Source of the DNA: an uncultured Clostridia bacterium
Lineage (GTDB): Bacteria; Bacillota; Clostridia; Oscillospirales; Acutalibacteraceae
Reading direction: 5' to 3'
Assembly (NCBI GenBank): GCA_947627055.1
Contig: CANQUS010000009.1
Span: 1,029-65,028 of the forward strand
DNA length: 64,000 bases
Position 1 is the stretch's first letter. Every line of letters begins with the position of its first letter. The position numbers were made by a program, and so were the translations under genes. The notes below the pieces were generated by a model that was not told the origin of the DNA, did not search any database, and was given only the letters and a program-made list of their open reading frames with translations. Positions 1 through 10,475 of the stretch are shown here, one piece after another.

Positions 1-2126
1 AGGGAAAACGCGCTTATACCGTAGACTATACCGAAATTTACCGCCTTTGCACGGCTTCTCATAGTCTTTGTGACCATTTCGGGCGGCAGGTTAAAAACCT
101 GAGACGCTGTTATAGCGTGAATATCGTCATTATTCTTAAACGCATCTATCATGGCGGGGTCATTAGCGACATGGGCGAGAACCCTAAGCTCTATTTGCGA
201 GTAGTCGGCATCAACGAGAACACAACCCTCCTTTGCTCGGAAAAACTTGCGAAGCTCTCTGCCAAGTTCGGTCCTGACGGGAATATTCTGGAGATTAGGC
301 TCGGTAGAGCTTATTCTGCCAGTTCGTGTCTCTGTCTGATTAAAGCTCGAATGTATCCTTCCGTCCTCTCCTATGACCTTTAAAAGTCCATCGCAGTATG
401 TGGACTTTAGCTTTGAATACGTCCTGTATTCCAATATCAGCGCAACTGCCGGATGCTCGTACCTTAAGCCCTCAAGCACTTCCGCGCTTGTGGAATAGCC
501 GCTCTTTGTTTTCTTACCCGCAGGCAGTCCGAGCTTCTCAAAGAGAGCTGTACCGAGCTGTTTGGGAGAATTGATATTAAACTCATAGCCGACAGCCTCA
601 TATACCTCTCTAGTTATCGAGTCAAGCTTTTCACTTATCAACCTGTCGTATTCGATTATACCGTCTTTGTCGACCATAAAGCCGCAGTTCTCCATATCGG
701 CGAGAACGACAGCAAGCGGGATCTCGATCTGCTCCAAAAGCCTCGTCTGCTCCTTATTGTCAATAAGTCTCATGAGACACGAAGCAAGCGAAGAGATCTC
801 GGCACATTCCCGAACGAGAGGAGTGCTGCCGCCGTCATCTGATTCAAAGCTGTCGGGAGCATACTCCTGCCACAGCCTTTCTATAGAATAATCGGACGAG
901 TTGGGATTTAGCAGGTACGACGCGAGCATAGTGTCACAGACTATCCCTTGAGCCTCTATATCCCGCTTCAACAGAGTTGATATGAGAGGTTTTATATTAT
1001 GGAGCTGTTTTTTTATTTCGGGATTTTCAAAAATATTTCTCACTATAATGCCAAATTCCGGCTTATCGGCTGAAAAAACATATATTCTGTCATCGCACAG
1101 CACCGCAAGCTCCGTCAATCCTTCATCGGAAAATCCATATGCTATTGAAACGGTTTTTCCGATGAAGCTGCCTATTGCTTCGTTACAGTCAAAATCGTGA
1201 ACGATGCTGAGCCTTTTGGCTTCGGTATTTTTCTTTTCGGCAGCTGGTACATCTTCCCCACTTAGTCCGAGCTTATCTATCAGCTTGAAAAGTTCAAGGC
1301 TTGCCATAAGCCGCGCCGCACCCGCAGCATCACGCTGACTTGGAATATAGCTGTTTATATCCGTGTCGATAGGTGCGTCCTCGCATATTTTTCCAAGCTC
1401 ATAGCTCATATAAGCGCTTTCCCTGCCTGCTATGAGCTTTTTCCTCATACCCTCCTTAATATCAATGGTTTCGATATTTTCATATATATTGTTAAGACTG
1501 CCAAAACGCGAAACAAGTTCTCCCGCACCTTTTTCGCCGATACCCGCGACTCCGGGAATATTGTCGGACGTATCACCCTGAATAGCCTTTATATCTATCA
1601 GCTGCTTGGGGGCCACTCCGTACTTTTCCTTGATAGCCGCCTCATCATAAAGCGTGACCTCAGGCTTTCCGCCCTTTGTTGCCGCTATTCTTACGGTCAC
1701 TGTCTTTGAGACGAGCTGTAGGCTGTCCCTGTCACCTGTTGCAATAACACATTCGTTTCCGTCTTTTGTACATGCCGCGGCAAGCGTTCCGAGAATATCG
1801 TCCGCCTCATAGCCTTCGCATTCAACGAGTTTATAGCCGAGAAGTGTCAAAAGCTCCTTCAGCGGCTTCAGCTGTGACGCCAGCTCCTCGGGCATACCCT
1901 TACGCTTTGCCTTATAACCGCCGTACAGCTTGTGTCGAAAGGTCGGAGCCTTCATATCAAATGCAATTGCGACCGCATCGGGATCAGTCTCTCCGAGAAC
2001 CTTTTCAAGCGTTGTCATAAATCCGAAAATTGCGTTTGTATACTGCCCGTCCTTGGTCGTTAGCAGTTTTATTCCGAAAAAGGCGCGGTTTAAAATACTG
2101 TTGCCGTCTATAACAAGCAGCTTCAT
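1..2126 (-). CDS. polA: DNA polymerase I (partial; C-terminal end runs off the left edge)
   Basis: Absent from the ORF track because there is no stop in the window. Reverse-strand ATG at 2124-2126 translates MKLLVIDGNSILNRAFFGIKLLTTKDGQYTNAIFGFMTTLEK (5'-3' exonuclease N-terminus). The same frame at bases 3-59 reads RSRAKAVNFGIVYGISAFSL (family A polymerase motif B). Confidence 0.9.
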   Translation of the reverse strand, partial: MKLLVIDGNSILNRAFFGIKLLTTKDGQYTNAIFGFMTTLEKVLGETDPDAVAIAFDMKAPTFRHKLYGGYKAKRKGMPEELASQLKPLKELLTLLGYKLVECEGYEADDILGTLAAACTKDGNECVIATGDRDSLQLVSKTVTVRIAATKGGKPEVTLYDEAAIKEKYGVAPKQLIDIKAIQGDTSDNIPGVAGIGEKGAGELVSRFGSLNNIYENIETIDIKEGMRKKLIAGRESAYMSYELGKICEDAPIDTDINSYIPSQRDAAGAARLMASLELFKLIDKLGLSGEDVPAAEKKNTEAKRLSIVHDFDCNEAIGSFIGKTVSIAYGFSDEGLTELAVLCDDRIYVFSADKPEFGIIVRNIFENPEIKKQLHNIKPLISTLLKRDIEAQGIVCDTMLASYLLNPNSSDYSIERLWQEYAPDSFESDDGGSTPLVRECAEISSLASCLMRLIDNKEQTRLLEQIEIPLAVVLADMENCGFMVDKDGIIEYDRLISEKLDSITREVYEAVGYEFNINSPKQLGTALFEKLGLPAGKKTKSGYSTSAEVLEGLRYEHPAVALILEYRTYSKLKSTYCDGLLKVIGEDGRIHSSFNQTETRTGRISSTEPNLQNIPVRTELGRELRKFFRAKEGCVLVDADYSQIELRVLAHVANDPAMIDAFKNNDDIHAITASQVFNLPPEMVTKTMRSRAKAVNFGIVYGISAFS

Positions 2127-2177
2127 GTAAAAATCCCCCTATTAAACAAGCTTTCGCGTTGCTCTGTCAAGCAGTAT

Positions 2178-3395
2178 TTACTTTTGTTCAAGCAAATTAC
2201 CCGGATAAATATAATCCATAGTTCCGACATTCTTGCCGTTTTTAAAATAAACTCTCGGGACACGCTTACCTATAATACATATTATCTCGTAATTTATTGT
2301 TCCTGCCAACGCCGCAGTCTCCTCAAAAGTCACGCGGCAGTTGCCGTCCGTACCTATAACAGTTATCTCGTCGCCTGTAGTAACGCTGTCGTTGTCGGTT
2401 ACATCGAGCATGAGCTGATCCATACACACCCTGCCGATAACAGGCGCGTACTTGCCGTTGACTATCATATGCGCCTTATTGCCAAGCGCGCGTGTATAGC
2501 CGTCAGCATATCCGATAGGAACGGTAGCTATGCGTGTACGTCTTGTCGTTTTGTATGTTCCGCCGTAGCTTACCCTGGTACCCGGCTCAACTGTTTTTAT
2601 CTGCGCGACGACGGATTTAAGCTGCATGGCGGGTATCAGATCCAGCCTGCCCTCAAGCTTTCCGGAGGGTGCAAGCCCGTAAAGGATTATTCCCGCTCTG
2701 ACCATATTTATGTGTGTATCGGGATAGTCGATGATCGCACCGCTGTTGGCACAATGTCTGAGCGGGAACTCTATCCCACGCGCAGAAAGTCTTTCTATCG
2801 CATCTGAAAAACATCTGTACTGGTATAGTGTATCTTTTCTGCCCTCGCCGCCCTCGTCAGATACAAAGAAGTGCGTAAATATCCCCTCGTGCTCAAGTCC
2901 CGAACGTCTGCAAACACGCTCGATGGTATCAAGGGATGGCTGATCCCTATCTGTATCCTGATACATAAATCCTATACGACTCATGCCGGTATCGAGCGCA
3001 ATATGTATTTTTACCGTCACGCCAGACTCGAGCGCGCATCTCGACAGGTCGGCGGCATATTCATCGGAAAAAACAGCCTGCGATATATTATTCTCAGCAA
3101 GTACACTCGCAAGATCGGCAGGCGTAAAGCCGAGTATCAGAATAGACGATTCTATACCGTGCTTGCGGAGCTGCATAGCCTCCTCAATATTCGAAACAGC
3201 GAAGCGCTTCACTCCCATTCTCTCATACTCACGGGCGAGAAATACCGCACCATGACCGTAAGCATCAGCTTTAATGACACACATTATTTCACTCTTGCCT
3301 TGAACATGATTTTTTATCTCGTTATAATTATGCTCAATAGCGTTCAAATCTATCTTAGCCCAAGTTCTTCGTAAATATGATCTCATTGAAGCCAA
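2178..3395 (-). CDS. alr: alanine racemase
   Basis: 405-aa ORF with PLP-lysine context VIKADAYGHG and overall alanine racemase layout. Confidence 0.9.
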   Translation of the reverse strand: MASMRSYLRRTWAKIDLNAIEHNYNEIKNHVQGKSEIMCVIKADAYGHGAVFLAREYERMGVKRFAVSNIEEAMQLRKHGIESSILILGFTPADLASVLAENNISQAVFSDEYAADLSRCALESGVTVKIHIALDTGMSRIGFMYQDTDRDQPSLDTIERVCRRSGLEHEGIFTHFFVSDEGGEGRKDTLYQYRCFSDAIERLSARGIEFPLRHCANSGAIIDYPDTHINMVRAGIILYGLAPSGKLEGRLDLIPAMQLKSVVAQIKTVEPGTRVSYGGTYKTTRRTRIATVPIGYADGYTRALGNKAHMIVNGKYAPVIGRVCMDQLMLDVTDNDSVTTGDEITVIGTDGNCRVTFEETAALAGTINYEIICIIGKRVPRVYFKNGKNVGTMDYIYPGNLLEQK

Positions 3396-3473
3396 CCCCT
3401 CGTATAGTAATTATAAGCTGATATTAAGGTGAGAACTAAGTCTTATTTTACCGCAAGGGAAATGTGTTGTCAA

Positions 3474-3512
3474 TTAAAACTAAAGGCGGCGAAGCATTTT
3501 CTGCCTCGCCGC
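3474..3512 (-). terminator. rho-independent terminator after the GH13 gene
   Basis: GC-rich stem ggcggcgaag/cctcgccgcc (3485-3512) followed on the minus strand by a T-rich run. Confidence 0.6.
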
Positions 3513-3533
3513 CGATATTGTAATGTGTTTGCT

Positions 3534-5216
3534 CTACTTCAATACTACAACACTGTTTGCAGGTATCGTGAGCTGATTGTCGTTTAGGGCGACCTTTTCA
3601 GTATTTGTGGTATCGCTTACAGCATATCCCCTTACTCCTGAGTATGCCATAGTATCCTTTGAAACTGTAACTGTCTGTGTATCATCGCTGATATTCATTA
3701 CGACCATAACCTTAGAGCCGTTGTATTCGCTGGTATACGCGCCGACCTTTACATTGTTTTCGTCGAGAACGACAGGGGTAAAAGTCCCTCTCGCAATCTC
3801 GGGATTCTGCAGCTTGAGTCTGATGATCTTCTTGTAGAAGTTGACAAGTGAGTTCTCGTTCTTCAATGCTTCCTCTATGCCCTCCGCAGGCTTATCTGTG
3901 TTGCTTGAGCCGGGGATCTTTGCGACATATCCGGTATTATCGGAAAGTGACCATACCATACCGGTCCTCTTTTCAGGGTCGTTGCTCGAGCCTGTCATGC
4001 CTATCTCCTCGCCGTAGTAGATGAACGGATTTCCGGGGACCATGAGATACAACATAGCCGCGTTCTTTTCACGCTGAGTATTTTTTGTGAGGAATCCCGC
4101 ACTGCGCGCTGTGTCATGGTTGGAAAGGAACGGAGCGCTGATAGCGTTTTTGTTATTTTCAGAGATGGAATCCTGCCATGTTTTGATATAGTTAAAATAG
4201 TCCTGGCAATTCCCCGTGTTGACAGCTTTAACGATTCTGCCTGAAGAGCCCTGCATATCGAAGTTAAAGAAGCTGTCAAGTCCGCTCTGATAGAACTCCG
4301 CGATAGTTCCGCCGCCCTGCCATACCTCGGCAACGATATATGCGTCCTCCTTTATGGATTTGCAGTAATCGTTGAGCCACTTTACATCCTTAATGGAATT
4401 TTTGTAGTTGGTATCATAATGATATGCTGCGTCAAGACGGAAACCATCGATCTTTATATCTGTAAGCCAATAATCGCAGATCTTCTTAATCTCTTCCTTG
4501 ACCTTTTCGTTATCCCAGTTAAGGTCAGGCATCTCCTTGTCAAAGGCTGACTCATAGTACCAGCCCTTGACACCGCTGTAATAGTATGTGGTGCCGGAAT
4601 CTACAGGCTTGGTGTCGGATTGCTTAAAGTGATAGTACTGTGCGTAGCCGTCAGTCTTGCCCTCCTTGAGCTCCTCCTTGGCTTTTTTAAACCACTCATT
4701 CGCATTTGATGTATGGTTTATTACAAGGTCAATGATAACATTGATCCCGCGCTTATGCGCTTCATCAAGGAAAGTTTTAAAATCGTCCATTGTTCCATAG
4801 GCCGGGTCAATGCTGTAGTAATCTCTGACATCATACTTATGATATGTGCCCGCCTTCATGATAGGCATGAGCCAAATACCGTCCACCCCGAGGTCGTCCG
4901 TAGTATTCGGGTCGCCGTCGTTAAGGTAATCGAGCTTAGAGGTAAGTCCCTTAAAATCGCCTATGCCGTCTCCGTCGGAATCACAGAACGAATAGACAAA
5001 GATCTCGTAGTAATTTCTATATTTATCGGATGACGGCGTGAACTCTACCGTTTTAAAGCCGCCGTCCTCGGGAACACTGCCCGTTGATCCTGATGTCGAA
5101 CTCTGTGTGCTGCCGTTGCCGCTGTCGTTGCTGTCGCTATTATTTTGACAGCCGGTAAATACCGCCGAGGCAAGCATAGCCGCGCACAGCATTATTGCCA
5201 AAAGTCGCTTTTTCAA
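3534..5216 (-). CDS. GH13 alpha-amylase family lipoprotein
   Basis: 560-aa ORF with lipoprotein signal ending FTGC. GH13 conserved regions are GFRLDAAYH, EVW and FLSNHD. It is the last gene of the maltodextrin transporter operon. Confidence 0.85.
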   Translation of the reverse strand: MKKRLLAIMLCAAMLASAVFTGCQNNSDSNDSGNGSTQSSTSGSTGSVPEDGGFKTVEFTPSSDKYRNYYEIFVYSFCDSDGDGIGDFKGLTSKLDYLNDGDPNTTDDLGVDGIWLMPIMKAGTYHKYDVRDYYSIDPAYGTMDDFKTFLDEAHKRGINVIIDLVINHTSNANEWFKKAKEELKEGKTDGYAQYYHFKQSDTKPVDSGTTYYYSGVKGWYYESAFDKEMPDLNWDNEKVKEEIKKICDYWLTDIKIDGFRLDAAYHYDTNYKNSIKDVKWLNDYCKSIKEDAYIVAEVWQGGGTIAEFYQSGLDSFFNFDMQGSSGRIVKAVNTGNCQDYFNYIKTWQDSISENNKNAISAPFLSNHDTARSAGFLTKNTQREKNAAMLYLMVPGNPFIYYGEEIGMTGSSNDPEKRTGMVWSLSDNTGYVAKIPGSSNTDKPAEGIEEALKNENSLVNFYKKIIRLKLQNPEIARGTFTPVVLDENNVKVGAYTSEYNGSKVMVVMNISDDTQTVTVSKDTMAYSGVRGYAVSDTTNTEKVALNDNQLTIPANSVVVLK

Positions 5217-5284
5217 TTAAATCTCTCCTTTACAAGAAGAAGCAGGGAGCGACAGAGGTCACCCCTTGCTTCATTTTTTGATGA

Positions 5285-6145
5285 TCAGCCCTTAACAGCG
5301 CCGCCTGTAACACCTTCGACATAATACTTCTGCATCTTGATAAACAAAAGTGTGATAGGTATCGCGACAACGACCGCGCCCGCAAAGAATGTAGTATAGT
5401 TTTCAACAAATGTTTCTCTTTCGAGCATTCTCTGCAAGCCGAGAGCAACAGTGTAGTTATCTCTGTTATCCTTCATGATATAACTTACAAAGATAAAGTC
5501 TACCCAAGGACCGATAAATGTTGTCAATGCCGTGTATACAAGTATCGGCTTTGAAAGCGGGAGGATGATCCTCCAGAAGATAGTATTTTTATTCGCCCCG
5601 TCGATAGTAGCCGCCTCATCAAGTGAATGAGAAATTGTATCAAAGAAGCCTTTGCTGATCTGATAGCCCATGCCCGCACCCGCGCTGTATACAAGTATTA
5701 AAGCGAAGAGCGACTGGCTGAGACCAATCCATTCGATGATGGCATATGTTGCAGCCATCGCCATGAAGCCCGGGAACATACCGAGAATAAGACCGATATT
5801 GAGGAATTTCTTACGCCATTTAAAGCGCAGACGGCTCAGCGTGTAGCTCGTCATGAGTACAAACAATGTTGAAATAACACATGATATGATGGCTACAAAT
5901 AATGTGTTAAAGAACCAACGCCAGTACGGGAAATTCTCATTTGCTAGATTCAGGTAGTTGTCAAACGTCCACTTCTGCGGTATGAAGTGTGACTGTGGAC
6001 CGCTTTCACCGCTGAAGGACGTCAGAATGATCCATACTATCGGCAGCAGCCAGATAATTGCCATGACCGTAAGAATAATATATACTACAATATTGACAGT
6101 CTTTTGTCTTTGAGAATAAGATTTTTCTCCGGCAACCTGTGTCAT
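5285..6145 (-). CDS. carbohydrate ABC transporter permease (MalG-like)
   Basis: 286-aa multi-TM ORF of the binding-protein-dependent permease type. It overlaps the upstream permease gene by 4 nt. Confidence 0.85.
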   Translation of the reverse strand: MTQVAGEKSYSQRQKTVNIVVYIILTVMAIIWLLPIVWIILTSFSGESGPQSHFIPQKWTFDNYLNLANENFPYWRWFFNTLFVAIISCVISTLFVLMTSYTLSRLRFKWRKKFLNIGLILGMFPGFMAMAATYAIIEWIGLSQSLFALILVYSAGAGMGYQISKGFFDTISHSLDEAATIDGANKNTIFWRIILPLSKPILVYTALTTFIGPWVDFIFVSYIMKDNRDNYTVALGLQRMLERETFVENYTTFFAGAVVVAIPITLLFIKMQKYYVEGVTGGAVKG

Positions 6146-7644
6146 CCGAATGCCTCCTCATCTTTAGCCGATTTTGACATATTATAGGTGATCAACGATG
6201 CTACCGCGCAAATGACGAAGATTATGATACCTATAACAGCCGCAAGGTTATAATCCTGGTTCGTGGCGGTCAGTTTATACAGCCATGTGACGAGCAGGTC
6301 TGTTTTACCTGCGCCGCTGTAGTAATCCGAGCTTTTCGGTTCGCCGCCAGTCAAGAGGTAAATAACGTTGAAATTGTTGATATTTCCGACGAATGTGGAA
6401 ATAAGATACGGGGTAGTGACAAAGAGCATATACGGGAGCGTGATCTTCATAAAGGTCTGGAATGCGTTAGCGCCGTCAATCTTAGCGCTTTCATAAAGAT
6501 CCTCGGGGATATTCATAAGAATACCGCTCGTAATAAGCATAGTATACGGAATACCTATCCACATATTGACAATGATGACAACTACTCTCGCCCAGTTTGC
6601 ATTGGAAAGGAACGGGAGCGTTTCATTGGTGACGCCCCAATTCTGAAGCGCTAGGTTAAGCGTACCTGCGTCAGCAAGAAGCTGCTTGATAGTGAGAAGC
6701 GTAACAAAGTTGGGGATAGCGATCGTGATAATGAAGAGTGTTCTCCACATCGCCTTAAACCTGATGCCCTTTTTGTTGATAAGGAGAGCAAGAATCATTC
6801 CGAAAATGTAGTTTGTAAACGTCGCGAATACAGCCCATATAAACGTCCATCCAAGTATCTTTCCAAATGTGTAGGATTTCTCCGGATTGTCATAGAAAAC
6901 ATCCGCAAAGTTCTGGAAACCTACCCATGTGAACAGATTAGGCTTTTGATGCAGATTATCATAGTTTGTAAACGCGAGGAAAATAGTGAATATTATTGGG
7001 AGAACCGTGAAACAGAGGATGAGAGCTACCGGAAGACCGAGAAGCGTTACATGAAAACGCTCGTCAAGGAACATAAGCGCTTCCTTCTTAAAGCTCATAG
7101 GCTTCTCGCCCGCGTTAAGCATATCCTCGACGGTCTTGGCAGATTTGATATTCATAATGTACATAACAAAGAATGCAATAGTAACTATAAATGTCATAAC
7201 GCTGACAAGAAGTATATCGAGGGATATATCGCGAGGAACTATTTTTGTACCCCAGCCGTCTGCGTCTATGACCTCAATAGGTCCTTCAGTTCCGAGAGTA
7301 ATGAACTTGCTGACATACTTAAACGCGAAGCCGAAAAGATATGCAAAATAAATTATCTCTACAGCCAGATAAAGAATACCTTTCATTATTTGACCTTTAA
7401 AGATATTGCCGGCACCCATGATGATGTATGACAGTTTGACGCCGATACCGCCCTTAACAAAGGTCGTTCCGTAGAAAATAAAGCCGTTGACTATAGTGTT
7501 GATGATTTTTAAAATTCCTTGCCCGATCGCCGTAAAAAACTTGCCGAGATAAGCGGGTATGTTTGTGAAGAAAGTCTTAATTCGGTAAGCTATTTTCTGC
7601 CCTGTGCTCAACTGCATATAATCAAGAAAATCCATACAATGCAC
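6142..7644 (-). CDS. carbohydrate ABC transporter permease (MalF-like, long N-terminal extension)
   Basis: 500-aa multi-TM ORF sitting between the binding-protein gene and the MalG-like gene. Confidence 0.85.
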   Translation of the reverse strand: MHCMDFLDYMQLSTGQKIAYRIKTFFTNIPAYLGKFFTAIGQGILKIINTIVNGFIFYGTTFVKGGIGVKLSYIIMGAGNIFKGQIMKGILYLAVEIIYFAYLFGFAFKYVSKFITLGTEGPIEVIDADGWGTKIVPRDISLDILLVSVMTFIVTIAFFVMYIMNIKSAKTVEDMLNAGEKPMSFKKEALMFLDERFHVTLLGLPVALILCFTVLPIIFTIFLAFTNYDNLHQKPNLFTWVGFQNFADVFYDNPEKSYTFGKILGWTFIWAVFATFTNYIFGMILALLINKKGIRFKAMWRTLFIITIAIPNFVTLLTIKQLLADAGTLNLALQNWGVTNETLPFLSNANWARVVVIIVNMWIGIPYTMLITSGILMNIPEDLYESAKIDGANAFQTFMKITLPYMLFVTTPYLISTFVGNINNFNVIYLLTGGEPKSSDYYSGAGKTDLLVTWLYKLTATNQDYNLAAVIGIIIFVICAVASLITYNMSKSAKDEEAFG

Positions 7645-7774
7645 CCTTTCTGAAAAATGATTATGTTTCGGCTTTATTTAAGCAGCCTGAATAGTCCTAT
7701 CCAAGCTGCTCTCATAAAGCTTACCGCATTTTAAATTACAGTTTGATTATCCTTATCAAAAGACAGGGTGCTGT

Positions 7775-9190
7775 TTATGCGTTCTCAACGCTCTTGACCT
7801 GAGTCTCGAGAGCCTTCTTGATGTCATCGTCACTCTTGAGATTGCCGTTGTTAAGGTCTGTACCGATAGAAGCGATCGGTTCCCAGAAAGCCTGTGTGCA
7901 TACGGACTGCGAATGAGCAAACTCCTGCTGAGCGTCAATAGCCTCAACAATAGGATTGGACTTGACCTCATCGCTCTCGCGAAGCTCTTTGTTTGTTGGG
8001 ATAAGGTTTCTGCCCTTATATCTCTGCTCCTGAACGTCCTTGCCTGTGAGGTAGGAGGCTATGATAGCGGAAGTATTGGGGTATTTGGACTGTGAGTTTA
8101 CACCGATAAGCTTATATCCGCCGAAGGAATGAACCTGTGTATCTGTTCCGCCCATCTTGACTGTCGGAAGCTTAGCGGCGCCTACATTATCCGCACCCCA
8201 TGTATTCTGGAGATTTGTGGTGTTCCATGTGCCTGTTACAACAGCTTTTAGCTTACCGTCAGCGAGACGTGTAGCTATAGCCGCGTCATCACCTGTGCCA
8301 ATAAAGACATTCTGGTAGTTATCTACGAGAGACTTCATGGCGTTAACGGCCTTTACACCCTCATCGCCGGAGAATTTCTCGAGAGTCATCTTGTTTGTGC
8401 TTGTGTCGAGTTTGATGTCGCAGCCGGCCGCATAGAAGAATCCGGCGTTGTACCACGCATTGTCGATAGACATGAGAACAGTTGCGCCCTTCTCCTTAGC
8501 CTTATCAAGAAGACCTTCAAATGTCTTGACATCGTCCTCGGAGAACGTGGCCTTGTCATAGAAGAGTATATAGCCGTTATCGGAGGTCATAGGATAAGCA
8601 TAAATCTTGCCGTCTATCTGAGTAGCCTCTACTGCCTTCTCCATATTTTCGCTCTTGATCTGTCCCTGAAGGAGCGAGGGAACCTCGGCGATAGCCTTTG
8701 CCTGTTGAGCTCTTAAAAGTGTGTCCGTAGGGAACTGGAATACGTCGGCAGCCTTTGTAGGATCCTCTGTCAGCTTACCGACAGCGTCGTTCTCACCGAC
8801 CTCAACGACCTTAAAGTCATACGTTACGCCATCAGCCTTGTAAATATCCTTGAAGCCCTTGCCTGTGAAGTCGTAGGCACCATTTTTGTCCTTATCTCCG
8901 TTAAGAGCAGCCTTGACAAAGTTCTTGTCGCCGCCGGGCGCCCAAACCTTGATCTCGACCTTACCGCCGTTTGCGCTTGCCTCCTCCTTGATTTTAGCAA
9001 CCATCTGCTCGGTCGTAGGAGCTGCCGCATCTGTTGAGCCGCTCTCCGCCGAAGGACCGCTCGCTGTTGAGGTGGTACCGCTAGCTGTTGAGTTTGTGTT
9101 GCTGCCATTGCCCGAGCAGCCTGCAAACGCGCCTGCGCACATGAGTGCCGCAAGCAATAATGCTGTAGTCTTTTTTGCTTTACTTACCAT
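7775..9190 (-). CDS. extracellular solute-binding lipoprotein (maltodextrin/sugar, family 1)
   Basis: 471-aa ORF with lipobox AFAGC followed by an S/T-rich linker. It is the first gene of the SBP-permease-permease-amylase operon. Confidence 0.85.
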   Translation of the reverse strand: MVSKAKKTTALLLAALMCAGAFAGCSGNGSNTNSTASGTTSTASGPSAESGSTDAAAPTTEQMVAKIKEEASANGGKVEIKVWAPGGDKNFVKAALNGDKDKNGAYDFTGKGFKDIYKADGVTYDFKVVEVGENDAVGKLTEDPTKAADVFQFPTDTLLRAQQAKAIAEVPSLLQGQIKSENMEKAVEATQIDGKIYAYPMTSDNGYILFYDKATFSEDDVKTFEGLLDKAKEKGATVLMSIDNAWYNAGFFYAAGCDIKLDTSTNKMTLEKFSGDEGVKAVNAMKSLVDNYQNVFIGTGDDAAIATRLADGKLKAVVTGTWNTTNLQNTWGADNVGAAKLPTVKMGGTDTQVHSFGGYKLIGVNSQSKYPNTSAIIASYLTGKDVQEQRYKGRNLIPTNKELRESDEVKSNPIVEAIDAQQEFAHSQSVCTQAFWEPIASIGTDLNNGNLKSDDDIKKALETQVKSVENA

Positions 9191-9725
9191 TGTAAAATCC
9201 TTCTCTCATTAAAATTTTTATTTTCGGATCTGCACATGAAGCGGACGCCCCATGCTCTCCGGCGCGGTTTTTACAGTACTGACAATTTTGTTCAAACTGC
9301 TCACATAGCCGTAAACCTGCACGCCTTCTGTAGTAATAATAGCATATGATTTTAAACTTTGCAACCATAAATTGTAATTTTTATTCAAGTAGATAGAAAT
9401 ATTGCCTAAATTTTGTTTAGTTTCACTCGTTTTTTAATGTTTTTTTACTTTTTGCATAAATTGGCTTTTGTTTTTTTGTACTGTTTTGCTATATTTTTAA
9501 TATAAAATTTTGAAAAAATTTTAACCGATTTATTAAAAAACTGAGTATATTTTTCTTTATAAAAAAATTACAGTCTTGTTTTTTTCTTTCGGCAAGTTTT
9601 TTAGGTGCATTTGACAGCAATTTGCACAAAACAGCTTTTTAAACATAATGCATATGCTTTTACAAGTCAAAAATATACATTTTTCTCTGTGTGCAGTCTT
9701 ACTGTTATCTGAATATATGCCGTAA

Positions 9726-10358
9726 TCATATAAACACTTTGATAACGGATACCAAGATAACTATCACCCCCGATACAGCCGTAAATAACCGCTGCGGAAT
9801 ATGCCTTATATTTTTGAGCCTTCCTCCTAAGCCCAGACCCGCACAGAGAAATATAAGCTGACACAACCCGCTCAAACCCGCGGCGGATAATGCGTTCACC
9901 CCACTGATGCCCATCGAGATCCCCGCTCCGACGGAATCTATCGAGAGCGCAGCGCCTATATAGCACGCCTCGAGCATATCTATCGAGTTCGATTGGTCAA
10001 TATCGCATGAGGTGGGATCCCTTATTATATTGACGGTTATGCCGAGAGGCTTCAGAACAAAAGTAACGTTCTTTTTTTCTCTGCGTTTTTTAGTTTTGCC
10101 AAACGAACCAAATATTATGTATATTCCGAACAGGCTGAGCATACCACAGCCTATCAGCTTAGATACATTTTCGTTTATCAGCCTTGCGAGCCACTCGCCG
10201 CTGACCACAGACACTCCCATGATCAAAACCGATATTAAGCAGATCATAATACGCGCCTGCCACGAGGTCTTTATACCTCCGAACGCACACGAAGCCCCGA
10301 TAGTAAACGCATCGACCGAGAGTGAAAGCGACAACAGCAGCAATCCGATAAATTCCAT
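9726..10358 (-). CDS. ytaF: sporulation membrane protein YtaF / MntP-family (DUF204) protein
   Basis: Two DUF204-like halves (SLSVDAFTIG ... ALSIDSVGAGIS). The likely start is the internal ATG at 10356-10358 (MEFIGLL), which is preceded by AAGGGGAG. The ORF track extends the ORF to 10493. Confidence 0.7.
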   Translation of the reverse strand: MEFIGLLLLSLSLSVDAFTIGASCAFGGIKTSWQARIMICLISVLIMGVSVVSGEWLARLINENVSKLIGCGMLSLFGIYIIFGSFGKTKKRREKKNVTFVLKPLGITVNIIRDPTSCDIDQSNSIDMLEACYIGAALSIDSVGAGISMGISGVNALSAAGLSGLCQLIFLCAGLGLGGRLKNIRHIPQRLFTAVSGVIVILVSVIKVFI

Positions 10359-10475
10359 AAAGCAACTCCCCTTAAACGGTGCTGTTATCATCTTATGTAA
10401 TATTGTCGTTTTTGGCATATCGTCCCAGCCGCGCGAGTATAATTTATTGTAAAAAACCAGAAGGGAGCTTAAAAA

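Noticed and set aside
2184-3374. 207-aa, 167-aa and other ORFs antisense to alr
   Set aside because: The alr frame has the PLP-lysine motif and full-length similarity. The others are shadow ORFs.
9191-9725. 535-bp very AT-rich gene-free region, considered as a replication origin, att site or missing gene
   Set aside because: I saw no DnaA-box clusters, repeats or credible ORF. It is most simply the promoter and leader region of the maltodextrin operon plus the end of the ytaF-like gene.
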